From NCBI GenBank assembly GCA_963807635.1, contig CAWEDJ010000039.1, positions 22,767-86,766 on the forward strand: a DNA stretch of 64,000 nucleotides, read 5' to 3'. Source of the stretch: an uncultured cyanobacterium (GTDB lineage: Bacteria > Cyanobacteriota > Cyanobacteriia > Cyanobacteriales > Microcystaceae). A program made the translations under genes and the position numbers. Of this stretch, positions 35,185-47,535 are shown one piece after another; the first letter of the stretch is position 1; each line of letters begins with the position of its first letter. The notes beneath the pieces were generated by a model that worked only from the letters and a program-made list of their open reading frames with translations, did not search any database and was not told the origin of the DNA.

Positions 35185-36612
35185 ATGACAAAACGAACTT
35201 TTGGTGTTATTGGGCTGGCCGTCATGGGAGAAAACCTAGCCCTGAACGTGGAAAGTCGGGGATTTCCCATTGCGGTCTATAATCGCTCTCCTGACAAAAC
35301 CGAAAAATTTATGGCGACCCGCGCCCAGGGCAAAGATGTTAAAGCGGCCTATAGCCTCGAAGAATTTGTCCAAGCTCTAGAGCGTCCCCGCAAAATTTTA
35401 GTCATGGTCAAAGCCGGCGCACCCGTTGATGCCGTTATTGAGCAACTAAAACCCCTCCTCGAAGAAGGAGACATGATTATTGATGGTGGCAACTCTCTCT
35501 ATGAAGATACGGAACGTCGGACAAAATACCTCGAACCCACTGGGCTAGGATTTGTCGGCATGGGAGTGAGCGGCGGAGAAGAGGGTGCGTTAAAAGGGCC
35601 TAGTTTGATGCCTGGAGGTACTAAAAGCGCATATCACGAATTAGAACCCATTTTAGTTAAAATTGCGGCTCAAGTGGATGATGGCTCCTGTGTTACCTAT
35701 GTGGGGCCAGGCGGTGCGGGTCATTACGTCAAAATGGTTCATAACGGTATTGAATACGGCGATATGCAGTTAATTGCAGAAGCCTATGATGTCTTAAAAA
35801 ATGGACTAGGACTCAGTAACGAAAAATTGCATTCTGTTTTTTCTGAGTGGAATAAAACCGATGAGTTAAATTCCTTTTTGATTGAAATTACGGCTGATAT
35901 TTTTGGCTATATTGAACCGGAAACACAACAGCATTTAATTGATCTGATCGTGGATTCTGCGGGGCAAAAAGGAACGGGACGCTGGACAATCATGAGTTCC
36001 CTGGAGTTAGGAGTTCCCATTCCCACCATGTATGCGGCGGTCAATGCCAGGGTGATGTCTTCCTATAAAGAGGAACGGGTTGCGGCTTCTACCCAATTAC
36101 CTGGCCCTTCTACTACCTTTGAGGGAGATGTGGATGCTTTCGTGGATAAAGTACGAGATGCTCTCTATTGCTCTAAAATGTGTTCCTATGCTCAAGGAAT
36201 GGCATTAATCGCTAAGGCATCGGCAGAATATTACAATGGCGAAGTGAGTTTGCCTGAGTCGGCTCGGATCTGGAAAGGCGGCTGTATTATTCGCGCGGGT
36301 TTTCTCGATAAAATCAAAAAAGCCTTTAATGATAATCCTGCTTTACCGAACTTGCTCCTTGCTCCTGAATTTAAACAGAGTATTCTCGACCGTCAAGCGG
36401 CTTGGCGAGAAGTTTTGATGTTGGCCAATGAGTTGGGGATTCCTGTCCCTGCGTTTAGTGCGTCTCTGGATTATTTTGATAGTTATCGTCGGGAAAGTCT
36501 TCCCCAGAATTTAACCCAAGCTCAACGGGATTATTTCGGGGCGCACACCTACGAACGGACGGATAAACCCAGGGGTGAATTTTTCCACACGGAATGGATG
36601 GCTAAGGACTAG
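35185..36612 (+). CDS. gnd: 6-phosphogluconate dehydrogenase (decarboxylating)
   Basis: GLAVMG, KMVHNGIEY and QAQRDYFGAH motifs. Confidence 0.98.
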   Translation: MTKRTFGVIGLAVMGENLALNVESRGFPIAVYNRSPDKTEKFMATRAQGKDVKAAYSLEEFVQALERPRKILVMVKAGAPVDAVIEQLKPLLEEGDMIIDGGNSLYEDTERRTKYLEPTGLGFVGMGVSGGEEGALKGPSLMPGGTKSAYHELEPILVKIAAQVDDGSCVTYVGPGGAGHYVKMVHNGIEYGDMQLIAEAYDVLKNGLGLSNEKLHSVFSEWNKTDELNSFLIEITADIFGYIEPETQQHLIDLIVDSAGQKGTGRWTIMSSLELGVPIPTMYAAVNARVMSSYKEERVAASTQLPGPSTTFEGDVDAFVDKVRDALYCSKMCSYAQGMALIAKASAEYYNGEVSLPESARIWKGGCIIRAGFLDKIKKAFNDNPALPNLLLAPEFKQSILDRQAAWREVLMLANELGIPVPAFSASLDYFDSYRRESLPQNLTQAQRDYFGAHTYERTDKPRGEFFHTEWMAKD

Positions 36613-36641
36613 AATTTAAAAAACTAGACATAAAATAGAAC

Positions 36642-36670
36642 AGGGTTGGGTTTTACTCACCCTTTTTTTT
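36642..36670 (+). terminator. Intrinsic terminator after gnd
   Basis: AGGGT...ACCCT stem followed by a T-run. Confidence 0.6.
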
Positions 36671-36672
36671 GC

Positions 36673-39258
36673 CTAAACCGATTCAATGGGAGGTAAGGGC
36701 TTGTTGGATTGCAGTAGAGAGGCGATCGCATCGGGAGATAGAGGAGAGGAAAAATAATAACCCTGGGCGAGTGAACAATCGAGAGTCATTAAGGTATCAA
36801 TTTGGTCAAGTCTTTCTACCCCTTCGGCGACGACTTCCAGTCCTAAATCCTTGGCTAATCTGAAAATCGCCCTAGCAATTTTTCCCTGGGGAGAATTTTG
36901 ATTAATTTCACGGACAAAGCAAATATCAATTTTTAAAATATCAATGGGGAATTGGTGCAAATAACTAAGACTGGAATAACCCTGCCCAAAATCATCAATA
37001 CAAATTTTAATATGACGAGATTGTAATTGTTTTAACAGTTCATTAATGGAATTTTCATCATTCAAGTAGCAACTTTCAGTAATCTCTAATCGCAAATATT
37101 TTCCGTCTAATCCTGTTTTTTCTAAAATAGTATCTACTTTTTTTAATAAATCAGCAATATTTAATTGTTTTACCGATAAATTAACATTAACTGTTAGATT
37201 TTCATACCGATTAGGGTCTATTTTTTTCCATTCAGATAATTGCCTACAAGCTTCTTCTAAGATCCAGAAACCGATAGGAATAATTAATCCTGTTTCTTCA
37301 GCGATCGCAATAAATTCTCCAGGAGAAATAAATCCTTTTTGGGGATGTTGCCAGCGTAATAATGCTTCAAATCCTAGCAATTCTCTTGTTTCTAAGTGAA
37401 CAATTGGTTGATAATGTAATCTAAATTCCTCATGGGCGATCGCCTGCCGTAAATCTGTTTCCCATTGCAATAAATCAACGGCTTTTTGGTGCATTGTCGG
37501 ATTAAAAATTTGATAACCTCCCTTACTCACATTTTTAGCTTGATAAAGAGCGGTATCCGCATCACGCATTAGATCTTCGACTGTCAGGGCTTCATTGATT
37601 TTTTCATCAATAAATAAAATCCCCATACTAACTCCTGCAAAGACTTGATTTTGTTTGAGTTGAAATGGTGATCGAAAAGACTTTTTAATGCGGTCTGCTA
37701 CCTGGGTCGCCTGCTCTAAGGATTCAATATTCGGTAACAAAATAATAAATTCATCCCCCCCTAAGCGAGCAATCAAATCCTGTTCTCGGAGACAATTCTT
37801 GAGACGTTCGGCGATCGCCATTAATAGTTGATCTCCGACCATGTGACCGAGGCTATCATTGACTAACTTAAAACGGTCTAAATCGAGAAAAAATAAAGCA
37901 AAAGATTGATGATACTGTTTTGCTTCTTGGAGAATTTCTCCCAAATATTCCATAAACATCGCCCGATTCGGTAAGCCCGTCAAAGTATCATAAAAAGCTT
38001 TCCATTGGAGTTCTTCCTTGGCTTGTTTATAGTCACTAATATCTTCAACAGTGCCTTCGTAATAAAGCAATTCTCCTTGCCCATTACGAACGGCTCGTGC
38101 ATTTTCAGAAATCCAAATGACTTTGCCATCTTTACGGTAAATTTGTGATTGAAAATTAGAGACAAAATCATTTTCCTGCAAAAGACGGACAAACTCAGAC
38201 CGACGATAGGGGACAATATACAGTTGATGTTCAATATCCGTCAAGGATTCCATTAATTCCGTCGGTGATTCATAGCCATAAATTTTTGCTAGGGCAAGAT
38301 TTGCACTCAGATAATGACCGTCTGGTGTGGTCTGAAAGATGCCATCTAGAGAATTTTCAAAAATGCTACGATATTTCGCCTCAGAAATTCGTAATGCCTC
38401 TTCTATTCTTTTGAGTTCACTAATCTCGGTAATAAAACCCTCAATTCCTAAAAAATTACCGCCCTCATCAAAGATGCCATGGCCTTTTTCCCAGACCCAT
38501 TTTTCCTGCCCTTGTTTTGTTAAAATACGATACTCTAGGACATAAGAATCGGGTGTATTTCTAACTTTTTGTAAATTCGCTAAAACCTTGGGTAAATCTT
38601 GGGCATGGGTAATATTATTGAATCCATAAAGGGGGTTATTGAGCATTTCATTGCTGGTGTATCCTGTCAGTTGTTCGCATCCTCGACTGATATAGCGCAT
38701 GGGAAATCCTTCTTCATGACTCGTCCGAAAAAAAATCCCAGGAATCGCATTCATGAAACTGTCTAGTTGTCTTTGGCTTTCTTTTGCCGCTAATTCAGTG
38801 GAATGGCGATCGCTGATATCGGTGATAAAACCCTCAATAAACAGTAGCTCTCCTGAACTAGAATAAATCCCTGTTCCCTTCTCCCAAACCCACTTTTGTT
38901 GGCCCTCTGGGGTAATCAATCGATATTCTAGGTCATAGGGCTGAGATTGATTTAAAGCATTTTGTATCTGTTCATTGAGCAAAACTTGATCTTCATGAAA
39001 TACAGATTGATGATAAATCTGACGCGATTTACCGATTAATTCAGATGGGTGACAACCTATTAAGGCAATAGACCCCTCACTCATAAATTCAATCGTCAAT
39101 TGAGCATCACATTTACAGCGATAGGCAATACCAGGCAAACTATTAATTAAGGTAGAAACTTGGTAAATTTCTGATAGCATTTCATTGGGATAGTGTTGCT
39201 CTATCTCTTCTTTTAGTAATCGAATAACAGAGTCTACATCTTGATAGATTGATGCCAT
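36673..39258 (-). CDS. PAS-PAS-PAS-GGDEF-EAL c-di-GMP enzyme
   Basis: Three PAS/PAC repeats, RLGGDEF, FEALLRW and IDDFGQGYSSL. Confidence 0.93.
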   Translation of the reverse strand: MASIYQDVDSVIRLLKEEIEQHYPNEMLSEIYQVSTLINSLPGIAYRCKCDAQLTIEFMSEGSIALIGCHPSELIGKSRQIYHQSVFHEDQVLLNEQIQNALNQSQPYDLEYRLITPEGQQKWVWEKGTGIYSSSGELLFIEGFITDISDRHSTELAAKESQRQLDSFMNAIPGIFFRTSHEEGFPMRYISRGCEQLTGYTSNEMLNNPLYGFNNITHAQDLPKVLANLQKVRNTPDSYVLEYRILTKQGQEKWVWEKGHGIFDEGGNFLGIEGFITEISELKRIEEALRISEAKYRSIFENSLDGIFQTTPDGHYLSANLALAKIYGYESPTELMESLTDIEHQLYIVPYRRSEFVRLLQENDFVSNFQSQIYRKDGKVIWISENARAVRNGQGELLYYEGTVEDISDYKQAKEELQWKAFYDTLTGLPNRAMFMEYLGEILQEAKQYHQSFALFFLDLDRFKLVNDSLGHMVGDQLLMAIAERLKNCLREQDLIARLGGDEFIILLPNIESLEQATQVADRIKKSFRSPFQLKQNQVFAGVSMGILFIDEKINEALTVEDLMRDADTALYQAKNVSKGGYQIFNPTMHQKAVDLLQWETDLRQAIAHEEFRLHYQPIVHLETRELLGFEALLRWQHPQKGFISPGEFIAIAEETGLIIPIGFWILEEACRQLSEWKKIDPNRYENLTVNVNLSVKQLNIADLLKKVDTILEKTGLDGKYLRLEITESCYLNDENSINELLKQLQSRHIKICIDDFGQGYSSLSYLHQFPIDILKIDICFVREINQNSPQGKIARAIFRLAKDLGLEVVAEGVERLDQIDTLMTLDCSLAQGYYFSSPLSPDAIASLLQSNKPLPPIESV

Positions 39259-39336
39259 AATAAAGGGGAAATCTTAGGTACAATATAAATCTTTAAATTT
39301 TTAAAATAACAGCTTTTTTCTATGATCACAAAATTG

Positions 39337-39440
39337 TTAAGCTATTACAAATTTAGATTGCATAACGATTTTGTTGAAAGTTTTGTAACAAGGGGCTTAA
39401 GCCCCTTGCCTGTGTGCGTTTTAGATAATTAACAGCTTAT
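39337..39440 (-). repeat. Dispersed ~105-bp repeat, copy 2, with perfect 20-bp palindrome CAAGGGGCTTAAGCCCCTTG (39389-39408)
   Basis: Matches 2227-2330. The palindrome recurs at 45389-45408. Confidence 0.8.
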
Positions 39441-39806
39441 CCAACTAAATAAACATAGTAAAATAATATTAATTTCCCAGTATTTTAGACTCATCAAGAC
39501 AATATGGATCAATAAAACGCCTATCTTCTCGGATAAATATGAAAAAGTTGTTAGGACTCAAAAAATAACTGTCTATGGAGAAAATAATCTGAAAAACCTC
39601 AAAATACTGTATCTATTTTTGCAATTTTCCCACTTGATCTTGTTGTTGGTCTAACTTAGGTGATAGCCTATCTAAACAATGAGGGGTTAGTCATTGTTCA
39701 GCAAAATATGATGGAAATATTTGAAATCACTTTCTAGCTAAGTTACAAGGGGAAAAAAGGTATATTAAGCCAATAATCTTGTTTTATTCTGATTAAATTT
39801 TTACAG

Positions 39807-40419
39807 ATGTTTCATTACATTTTGTTTTATAAGCCCTATGGGGTGCTTTGCCAATTTACGGATAATAATGGGGAAACACCCCGCAAAACGCTCAAGGATT
39901 ACATTAATCTTCCTGAAATTTATCCCGTTAGCCTGCCTAGATTACGATAGCGAGGGGTTACTGCTGTTAACCAACCATGGCCGTCTCCAACATCGTTTGG
40001 CCCATCGTCAATTTGCCCATCCCCGCACCTATTGGGTACAGGTTGAAGGGATTCCTGATGATGCCGATCTCCAGCCCCTGCGTCGGGGAATTCCGATTCA
40101 GGATTATCAAACTCGTCCCGCGATCGCGAAAAAATTAGAAGCAGAGCCAGAGTTGCCGCCCCGTGATCCCCCCATTCGCTATCGAAAAAATATCCCGACC
40201 TGTTGGCTAGAAATTACCCTCACCGAAGGGCGCAATCGCCAGGTGAGACGGATGACGGCGGCGATTGGATTTCCGACCCTGCGTTTAGTCAGAACCGCGA
40301 TCGCGACAGGAAAAGACAAACACTCTCCTAACCTGAACTTAACGGGACTTGCCCCTGGTCAGTGGCGAGAACTGCAACTGCTAGAACGACAACAGATTGA
40401 AAATTTATTAAAAAATTGA
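39807..40419 (+). CDS. RsuA/RluE-family pseudouridine synthase (frameshift near 39935)
   Basis: [22 protein letters not shown] and [10 protein letters not shown] motifs. Confidence 0.88.
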
Positions 40420-40598
40420 AAAATTATCCAGAAATAAATTCACAAAAATGTTTATTCCAAGGTAATTTCGGGAATACTAAAACCAGATAGCTCTATAGTC
40501 GCCATTAAAGTCTCTAAAACCAGGACAATCTTTCTCTTAATTGCCGTTAGTAATCTAAAGTAATTTAGCTTAGTGATGTCGGCTGGTGTTAACCTAAT

Positions 40599-42208
40599 AT
40601 GCTTAATATTGGAATAAAACGAAGATTTACGATGCATGCACACTCCATTGACCTTGGGATAGGAGACAGTCCGATTGACACGGGTAGCCGTCTCTCCTGT
40701 CGATTAGATGGACTCTCTTCGACGATTCGTGAACAAAACCGAGTCGCCAGTCTGAAAGATCTCGGTTTGTTGGAAATGGACACGATTCCCATTTTTGATG
40801 AAGCAACCCAGATGGCGGCGCGTTTTCTCGAATCTCCCATCTGTATTTTGACTCTTATGGTCTTTGATCAGGTGTGGATTAAATCGGCGATCGGTTTATC
40901 TCGGTTAGGTTTGATGAATCGGTTAGCAACTGACCGTAAACTTGATCGACTAGAAGCTTTTTGTACCTATGTTGTCGATAGTCAGCAACCCCTACTCATT
41001 GAAGACACCTTATCTGAATCCGTTTTTTCCCATAGTGTTTTAACCCAGAATTATGGCATTCGTAGTTATGTGGGTGCGCCTCTAATTACCGCCGCAGGCC
41101 AATGTATTGGGAGCTTAAGTATCCTGGATTTAACGGCTCGGCGTTTCACCAATAGGGAAATAGAATTTTTGTGTGTGACTGCTCGCTGGTGTATGGGCGA
41201 ATTTGAACGGGATTATTTGATCAAAAAACAAGCGGAAGTCGTCGCAAGAATCCTTTGTTCTGCCCAAGACCGTCTTCTCCCTTGGAGGCGATCGCCCCTT
41301 CCCTCCATAATGCTCTAACACCGCCCCCCAAAAATCCGATTTTTCGCGATCGCTGGCCGACCTAAAGCTGAAACTAGTCAATCAACTAGCCCAGGAACTC
41401 CGATCTCCCTTGACGGCAGTAATCGGAATGTCTAGCGTCTTGAAAGGAGAAGTCTTTGGGACATTAACCCAAAAACAAAAAGACTATATAGAAATCATCC
41501 ACCATAGTGGGGAAAATTTGAACGGGCTGGTGGAAGAAATATTGAAAATTGGCTCTATAGAAGAATACCCTACCGAATTAGCCTTAATGCCCGTCAATAT
41601 CGAAATGTTGACTCAAAAATGTCTCAATAGTCTATCCGCCATTGCCAAACAAAAACGTCAAGAGATTCGACTATCCATTGACCCAGGTAAACGAGTGTGG
41701 CTGTTAGATAAAGAAAAAGTTAAACAAGCGGTCTATTACCTCCTCGATCAGCATCATTGAAGCCTCCGAGCCTGGAGGAGAAATTCGCATTCATATTTCC
41801 CATCGGACTCAAACCTTAAATATTTCCCTCTGGATGTATCACCCTTGGATTGGAGATGGTCTGCCCCATGTTCATTTACAGCCTCCTGTGATGAGCGATT
41901 CAGACCATATTTCCCATTCCCAGCCGTCTATCGAACTTCTCAAAGAAAGTCTGGCAACAGAAGACCCCAATGGAATGAGTAGGGATAGCAATCATCAGGC
42001 TTTAACGGTTGCGTCTTTAGAGGAGATTATCCATCAACTAACCCATTCCTCAGACTCAGGGGAAAAAAGACCCCACAATCTTTTGGGGCTATTACTGGGA
42101 TGTTATTTGGCAGATAGTCATCACGGAAAAGTGGTACTTCAGGGGAGTGCCGATTCAGGTTATCGTTATGTGTTGATGCTACCGAAAAGATCAGCCCTTG
42201 AAGCTTGA
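40599..42208 (+). CDS. GAF-domain histidine-kinase-like protein (two frameshifts; Gln at the phospho-His position)
   Basis: GAF motifs (AFC..V, IRSYVGAPL), LAQELRSPL H-box and degenerate HATPase, spread over three ORFs. Confidence 0.75.
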
Positions 42209-42293
42209 TTGGATAATTATCCGTACCGTAGAGATTCCTGTTAATCTTAAAATGAGTTGTTGCCTTCATTGAAAAAACGGTTCTCACCTTTCG

Positions 42294-44168
42294 ATGTCAA
42301 TTTCTAGCCGCCCCTACAAAAGTCGTCTTTTTAATTTCGTCAATCGTCGATCGCTGCAATTCCGCGATCGCATCGGGGAAACCTTTCGTCATCTCAAAGT
42401 CGCGGCGGAGTGGGGAGCGCAACTGTTGATTTCTCCCTTACATTGGATTTTTCAACCGAGGAACTGGACAGGGGAAGTCTTAGGAACAGCCTCTTCTAAC
42501 AAAGCCTTACCCCCAGCCGAAATCTATTTATCCGATCCGCCTGTGGATCAACCCCTCGAAAAAATCTTGACCGCGATCGTCACACGGTTTGAATTGCCCG
42601 ATTCTTCGTCTTTTACGGCAACTTTACACGACCTTAAGCCAGAGAATTTACCCCGAAAAAAAGAAATTGTCCTTTCCTCCCAGTTTTTTCAACAAATCCA
42701 GCAAGACCTAGAAAATCCTGCTCTCTCTCAAAATTTAGCCCTTCCTCCCGCGATCGCACAGCGCCACTTCGTGATCGCGCCCAAGTCTCTAAACTCCCAT
42801 CCTTTGGGAAATCTGGTCAGCCAGATAAAAAATGTCTTTTCTCCCACCAAGGATCTGGTGATTCGGGGGATTTCTTGCGTCATTGAAAATCGTCAATTAG
42901 TTCTGACTACCGCCGACAACGAGATTCTAGATGTCTTGTCCCTAGATCAACAAAATCTTCTGAAGCAATCTATTCGGGCAGAAATGGCTAATTATTGGTA
43001 TGAAAGACGCTTGCAATGGTCAATCTCCCAAAAAATGCTCGGATTTATTCCTTTGGTGAATGAGCAAACGGAAAAAGTGTTGCCCCCTGTCCAATTACTC
43101 TGGCAGACCTTACATTGGTTAGAAAGTCAAAGTTTTCGACCGAAATTACCCCAATTAACTCAATCTGCTTTGGTTCCTGCGACCTCTTTGACCATTGGGG
43201 GCAATGCTCTTATTCAAAAATTAGACCAACGGGTTGCCGCCTTAGAAAGTCAGGAAAATAAATTCGGTCAGCAACTTTTTCAGCAATTTAATCAGGGGTT
43301 ACAGATCGTCCGCCATTCTGCTGTGGTTGAATCTTCCCTCGAAAAAACGGGACAAATTATCCAAAAAATTGATTTTCCTCATCAATTACAGAAATTAAAC
43401 GATTCTCCCCAACTAAGCCAGCTAAAACGCCTCAATGCCGAATTTTTAGAACGCATTTCAGGACAATTAACCCCAACGAATCTCGGTAACGCGCTCACGT
43501 CCTTTAAAAACCCAGAAAATTCATTAGTCACGCCCAACGCCATTGAATCCATTCCCCCCGATCCCTTTCAAATTCAAGTTTTGATTCAAGCCGCGATCGC
43601 CTACTTCTTTGGACAAAAATCGGCTAATGCCCATCTGTCAGGACAAAACGGCCAATCTTTTGTCGGTTCAAGGGATAGCATTGATGATCCCTGGCTCACT
43701 TGGGAAGATCTATTTGTCGAAAGAAGTACGGAAATTAATGTAGTAACTTCACCCGAAACAAGCCCATCGCTTCCTTTAAGAGAGCTACCAAAACGGACTG
43801 CTCTTAAATCCAGTCAATCGAGTAAAAATCAGAAAAAATCTCAGAAAAAATCCAAAATTACTCGTTCAACAACTTCAAAATCTTCTAAACTCTCCTTAAA
43901 AACTTCAACTCTCACCGAGACTTCGGTTTCCTCTCAGTTAGATACAATCCTTGAAGAAGCGATCGAAACAGTTTTAATGACCACCAATTCCCAGGAAACG
44001 GGCTTAGAAGCGGCTCCTGAGTGGATTGAAACAGAAGCCAGGGTAATGGGTTATCACAAGCACCCTTTAGAGCAAATTTTGGAATTGTTAGATATATTCG
44101 TACTTTGGCTGGAAGAAAATCTCAAAAAAATTTGGTCTTGGCTACGGAACCGTTTAGAGAGTATTTGA
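42294..44168 (+). CDS. Hypothetical protein (cyanobacterial)
   Basis: 624-aa HIP1-rich ORF with C-terminal WIETEA..MGYHKHPLEQIL. Confidence 0.75.
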   Translation: MSISSRPYKSRLFNFVNRRSLQFRDRIGETFRHLKVAAEWGAQLLISPLHWIFQPRNWTGEVLGTASSNKALPPAEIYLSDPPVDQPLEKILTAIVTRFELPDSSSFTATLHDLKPENLPRKKEIVLSSQFFQQIQQDLENPALSQNLALPPAIAQRHFVIAPKSLNSHPLGNLVSQIKNVFSPTKDLVIRGISCVIENRQLVLTTADNEILDVLSLDQQNLLKQSIRAEMANYWYERRLQWSISQKMLGFIPLVNEQTEKVLPPVQLLWQTLHWLESQSFRPKLPQLTQSALVPATSLTIGGNALIQKLDQRVAALESQENKFGQQLFQQFNQGLQIVRHSAVVESSLEKTGQIIQKIDFPHQLQKLNDSPQLSQLKRLNAEFLERISGQLTPTNLGNALTSFKNPENSLVTPNAIESIPPDPFQIQVLIQAAIAYFFGQKSANAHLSGQNGQSFVGSRDSIDDPWLTWEDLFVERSTEINVVTSPETSPSLPLRELPKRTALKSSQSSKNQKKSQKKSKITRSTTSKSSKLSLKTSTLTETSVSSQLDTILEEAIETVLMTTNSQETGLEAAPEWIETEARVMGYHKHPLEQILELLDIFVLWLEENLKKIWSWLRNRLESI

Positions 44169-44324
44169 AGAGTCAATCTTAATACTTACAATTTAGAGTC
44201 TTAGGCTTTGAATTTTTTTCATTAAAATCACTGCAATTCCTATTGCTTGAGGCAAAACTTTTCAAACAGCTTCTAAAGTTTCATTAATTAAAATTGTATT
44301 ATCACAAATTTCTAATACTTGTTA

Positions 44325-45385
44325 CAGCAAATTTCGTTCAAACCCGCTACAAGTATGGTAACATGAAAAAAACTTAAAAAAATTAATGAGATATGGCAGC
44401 ATATTCGCTAGATTTACGCCAAAGAATACTAACGGCATGGCAAAACCAAGAAAATACTCAAAGAGGTTTAGCAAAACGATTTAAGGTTAGCTTATCTTTC
44501 GTTCGCGATTTTTTACGTCGGTATCGACAAACAAATGAAATAGCACCCAAACCCCAAGGGGGAGATTGCCGTTCAAAGATAAAGGGTGAAGACGAAGAAT
44601 TATTAAAAAAAATAGTTGCAGAACAAAATGATATATATTTACGAGAAATCCAAGAAAAATTGCAACAAGAGAAAGGAATAGAAGTAAGTATATCGGGGGT
44701 AAGTCGAACTCTTACACGTTTAGAATTAGGGCGTAAAAAAAAAACATTAGTAGCAAGTGAGCAAGGCACAGAAAAGGTTAAAGAATCGCGTTATGAATTT
44801 AGACGTTGGCTAGAGACGATAGATATAAGAAACCTGATATTCATTGATGAGACGGGTCTTAATCTAGCGATGGTAAGACTCTATGCGCGTTGTCTGGGAG
44901 GAGAAAGGGTTTATGATGAGCGTCCAGGAAATAAAGGACAAAACATCACTTTAATTGGGGCGATGAGTGATGAAGGTTTGATTGCCTCAATGACCTTTCC
45001 TGGCAGTCTAAATACCGATAGTTTTTTAGTCTTTATTGAGCAAGTATTATTACCTCAGTTATGGGCAGGGGCAATTGTCGTGATGGATAATTTGTCTGTA
45101 CATTACGCTACCGTCACTACAAATCTGATTGAATCTGTTGGAGCCAAGGTTAAATTTTTACCTTCCTATTCGCCAGATTTATCACCAATTGAGTTGTGTT
45201 GGTCTAAATTAAAAGAAATTATTCGCTCTGCTAAAGCTCGAACAATCGAGGCTCTTGACGAAGCTATTACTAATGCGATCAATACCATTACTGATGAAAA
45301 TGCTCTTGATTGGTTCCAACATTGTGGTCTCTACTTTGAGCCTTTGAGATAGCTTTTTCGTGGTGCGTTTGATCGGAAATTGCTG
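44325..45385 (+). mobile_element. IS630-family element, copy 1 (transposase 44393-45352)
   Basis: TA duplication, imperfect IRs CAGCAAATTTCGTTCAAAC, and AYSLDLR, FIDET, MDN and YSPDLSPIE motifs. Confidence 0.95.
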
Positions 45386-45388
45386 TAA

Positions 45389-45408
45389 CAAGGGGCTTAA
45401 GCCCCTTG
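45389..45408. repeat. Palindrome CAAGGGGCTTAAGCCCCTTG
   Basis: Identical to 39389-39408. Confidence 0.85.
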
Positions 45409-45449
45409 CCCAGATGAATGTTAGATTACAAACACATTATTAACCTTCC

Positions 45450-47039
45450 CTAACTTTTACCACCAATTTCAGGGGCTTTGAAAGCAATCTCCTTCCATTT
45501 AGAAGGTGAAGTGGTATTCGCTAAACTCGGTACTGAATTGCGTAAGAGTGCGGTCAATTTTTCCGTACTCGCATCATAAATCTGAGTTACTAACTTAGGA
45601 TACAAACCAACCCCAATAATGGGAATTAATAAACAAGCGATAATGAAAACTTCACGGGGTTCCGCATCAATTAAGGGATGTTTTTTGGTCAATTCGGTAT
45701 TTTCTTGACCATAGAGGATTTCCCGTAACATCGAGAGTAGATAGATGGGGGTGAGAATAACACCGACTCCCATTAAGACAATGATAATTGAGCGAAATAT
45801 GAGATTGTAAGCATCGCTAGTGGCAAAACCCACAAAAACCATTAATTCTGCCACAAAACCACTCATTCCAGGTAAGGCAAGAGACGCGAAGGAACAGACC
45901 GTCCACATAGCAAAAACTTTTTTCATCTTTTGCCCAATACCCCCCATTTCATCCAACATCAGGGTGTGGGTGCGGTCGTAGGTACAGCCCACCATGAAGA
46001 ACAAACTGGCTCCGATGAGTCCGTGAGAAATCATTTGTAACATCGCGCCACTGGTTCCTAAATCAGTAAAAGACGCTAAACCGATAAGGACAAAGCCCAT
46101 GTGGGAAATAGAAGAGTAGGCGATTTTTCGTTTGAGATTGCGCTGGGCAAAGGAGGTTAACGCGGCATAGATAATATTGACAACCCCTAAAATGACGAGG
46201 ACAGGGGCAAAAATCGCATGGGCATCGGGTAACATTCCTGCATTCATCCGAAAGAGTGCGTATCCTCCCATTTTTAAGAGAATTCCCGCGAGTAACATAT
46301 GGGCAGGGGCGGTGGCTTCTCCGTGAGCATCGGGCAACCAGGTATGCAGGGGGAAAATGGGCAGTTTTACGCCATAGGCTATCAGAAAACCTGCGTATAA
46401 CAGTAATTGCAGATTCACAGGAAAGTTTTTTGCCGCGATCGCAGACATATCAAAGGTGGCTGTATCTCCATAAAAAGCCATCGTCAAGGCTCCAATGAGG
46501 ATAAACAGGGAACCGCCTGCGGTGTAGAGAATAAACTTGGTCGCGGCATAAAGACGACGTTTTCCGCCCCAAATGGAGAGAATTAGGTAAACAGGTACTA
46601 ATTCTAATTCCCAAACGAGGAAGAATAACAGCATATCCTGCACGGCAAACACCGCAATCTGTCCGCCATACATGGCCAACATCAGAAAGTAAAAGAGTTT
46701 GGGTTTGAGGGTGACAGGCCAAGCCGCCATTGTCGCCAGAGTGGTAATAAATCCTGTGAGAATGACGAGGGGCATAGACAGTCCATCGACTCCCACTGAC
46801 CACTTCAGATCAATTTGCGGCAACCAGGTATAGCTCTCAACTAGTTGTAAATCGGGATTGCTCAGATCGTAGTTGGTATAAAAAGCGTAAATCAGAAAAA
46901 CAAAATTGATGAGTCCAACAATCAGGGCGTACCATCTAACGGTTTTACCGTCTTTGTCGGGAATGAGGGGAATAAAGAGGGCGGCGACAATGGGAAAAAG
47001 AATGATGATAGTCAGCCAAGGCAAATTTGTGATGTCCAT
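45450..47039 (-). CDS. ndhD1: NAD(P)H-quinone oxidoreductase subunit 4 (NdhD1)
   Basis: [23 protein letters not shown] and [13 protein letters not shown] motifs. Confidence 0.95.
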   Translation of the reverse strand: MDITNLPWLTIIILFPIVAALFIPLIPDKDGKTVRWYALIVGLINFVFLIYAFYTNYDLSNPDLQLVESYTWLPQIDLKWSVGVDGLSMPLVILTGFITTLATMAAWPVTLKPKLFYFLMLAMYGGQIAVFAVQDMLLFFLVWELELVPVYLILSIWGGKRRLYAATKFILYTAGGSLFILIGALTMAFYGDTATFDMSAIAAKNFPVNLQLLLYAGFLIAYGVKLPIFPLHTWLPDAHGEATAPAHMLLAGILLKMGGYALFRMNAGMLPDAHAIFAPVLVILGVVNIIYAALTSFAQRNLKRKIAYSSISHMGFVLIGLASFTDLGTSGAMLQMISHGLIGASLFFMVGCTYDRTHTLMLDEMGGIGQKMKKVFAMWTVCSFASLALPGMSGFVAELMVFVGFATSDAYNLIFRSIIIVLMGVGVILTPIYLLSMLREILYGQENTELTKKHPLIDAEPREVFIIACLLIPIIGVGLYPKLVTQIYDASTEKLTALLRNSVPSLANTTSPSKWKEIAFKAPEIGGKS

Positions 47040-47535
47040 AGAGTATTTTGTAAGCGTAAATTCAAGTATAAAACGCGATCTACTGGGGGATACAAGTAGT
47101 AATGATGAGAAAGCACCTATACTGAGTCATAACGACGCACGATAAGCGGGGTGATACTTTACAAAAATAATCTAGCAGTCTTTATCAAGAGAAGCCATAG
47201 AGAAAATGTTAATTTTCATGTCAATTAGACATTATAGACTCGAAAATTTTTATTGAAATTTTACATCTAAGCAAAAGATAACTAACGCTGCGATCGCATT
47301 ATCAAGCAATGATTTTTCCTTTTTTTTAAACTCAATTTTAATCATTTTTTCTAAATTTAGTAGGGTCAAGAAATTTTAGAATAAAATATATTATTAAAAA
47401 ACTTGAGTAATCGTCTAAATAAATCATTAAAATAACAACTGATTTTGAACTTAAAATTTAGATTATCATTAAATCTCAGATTCGCTATAATTAAAAAATA
47501 CTAGATTAGTTTCCATAAAGCATCAAAAATAAATT

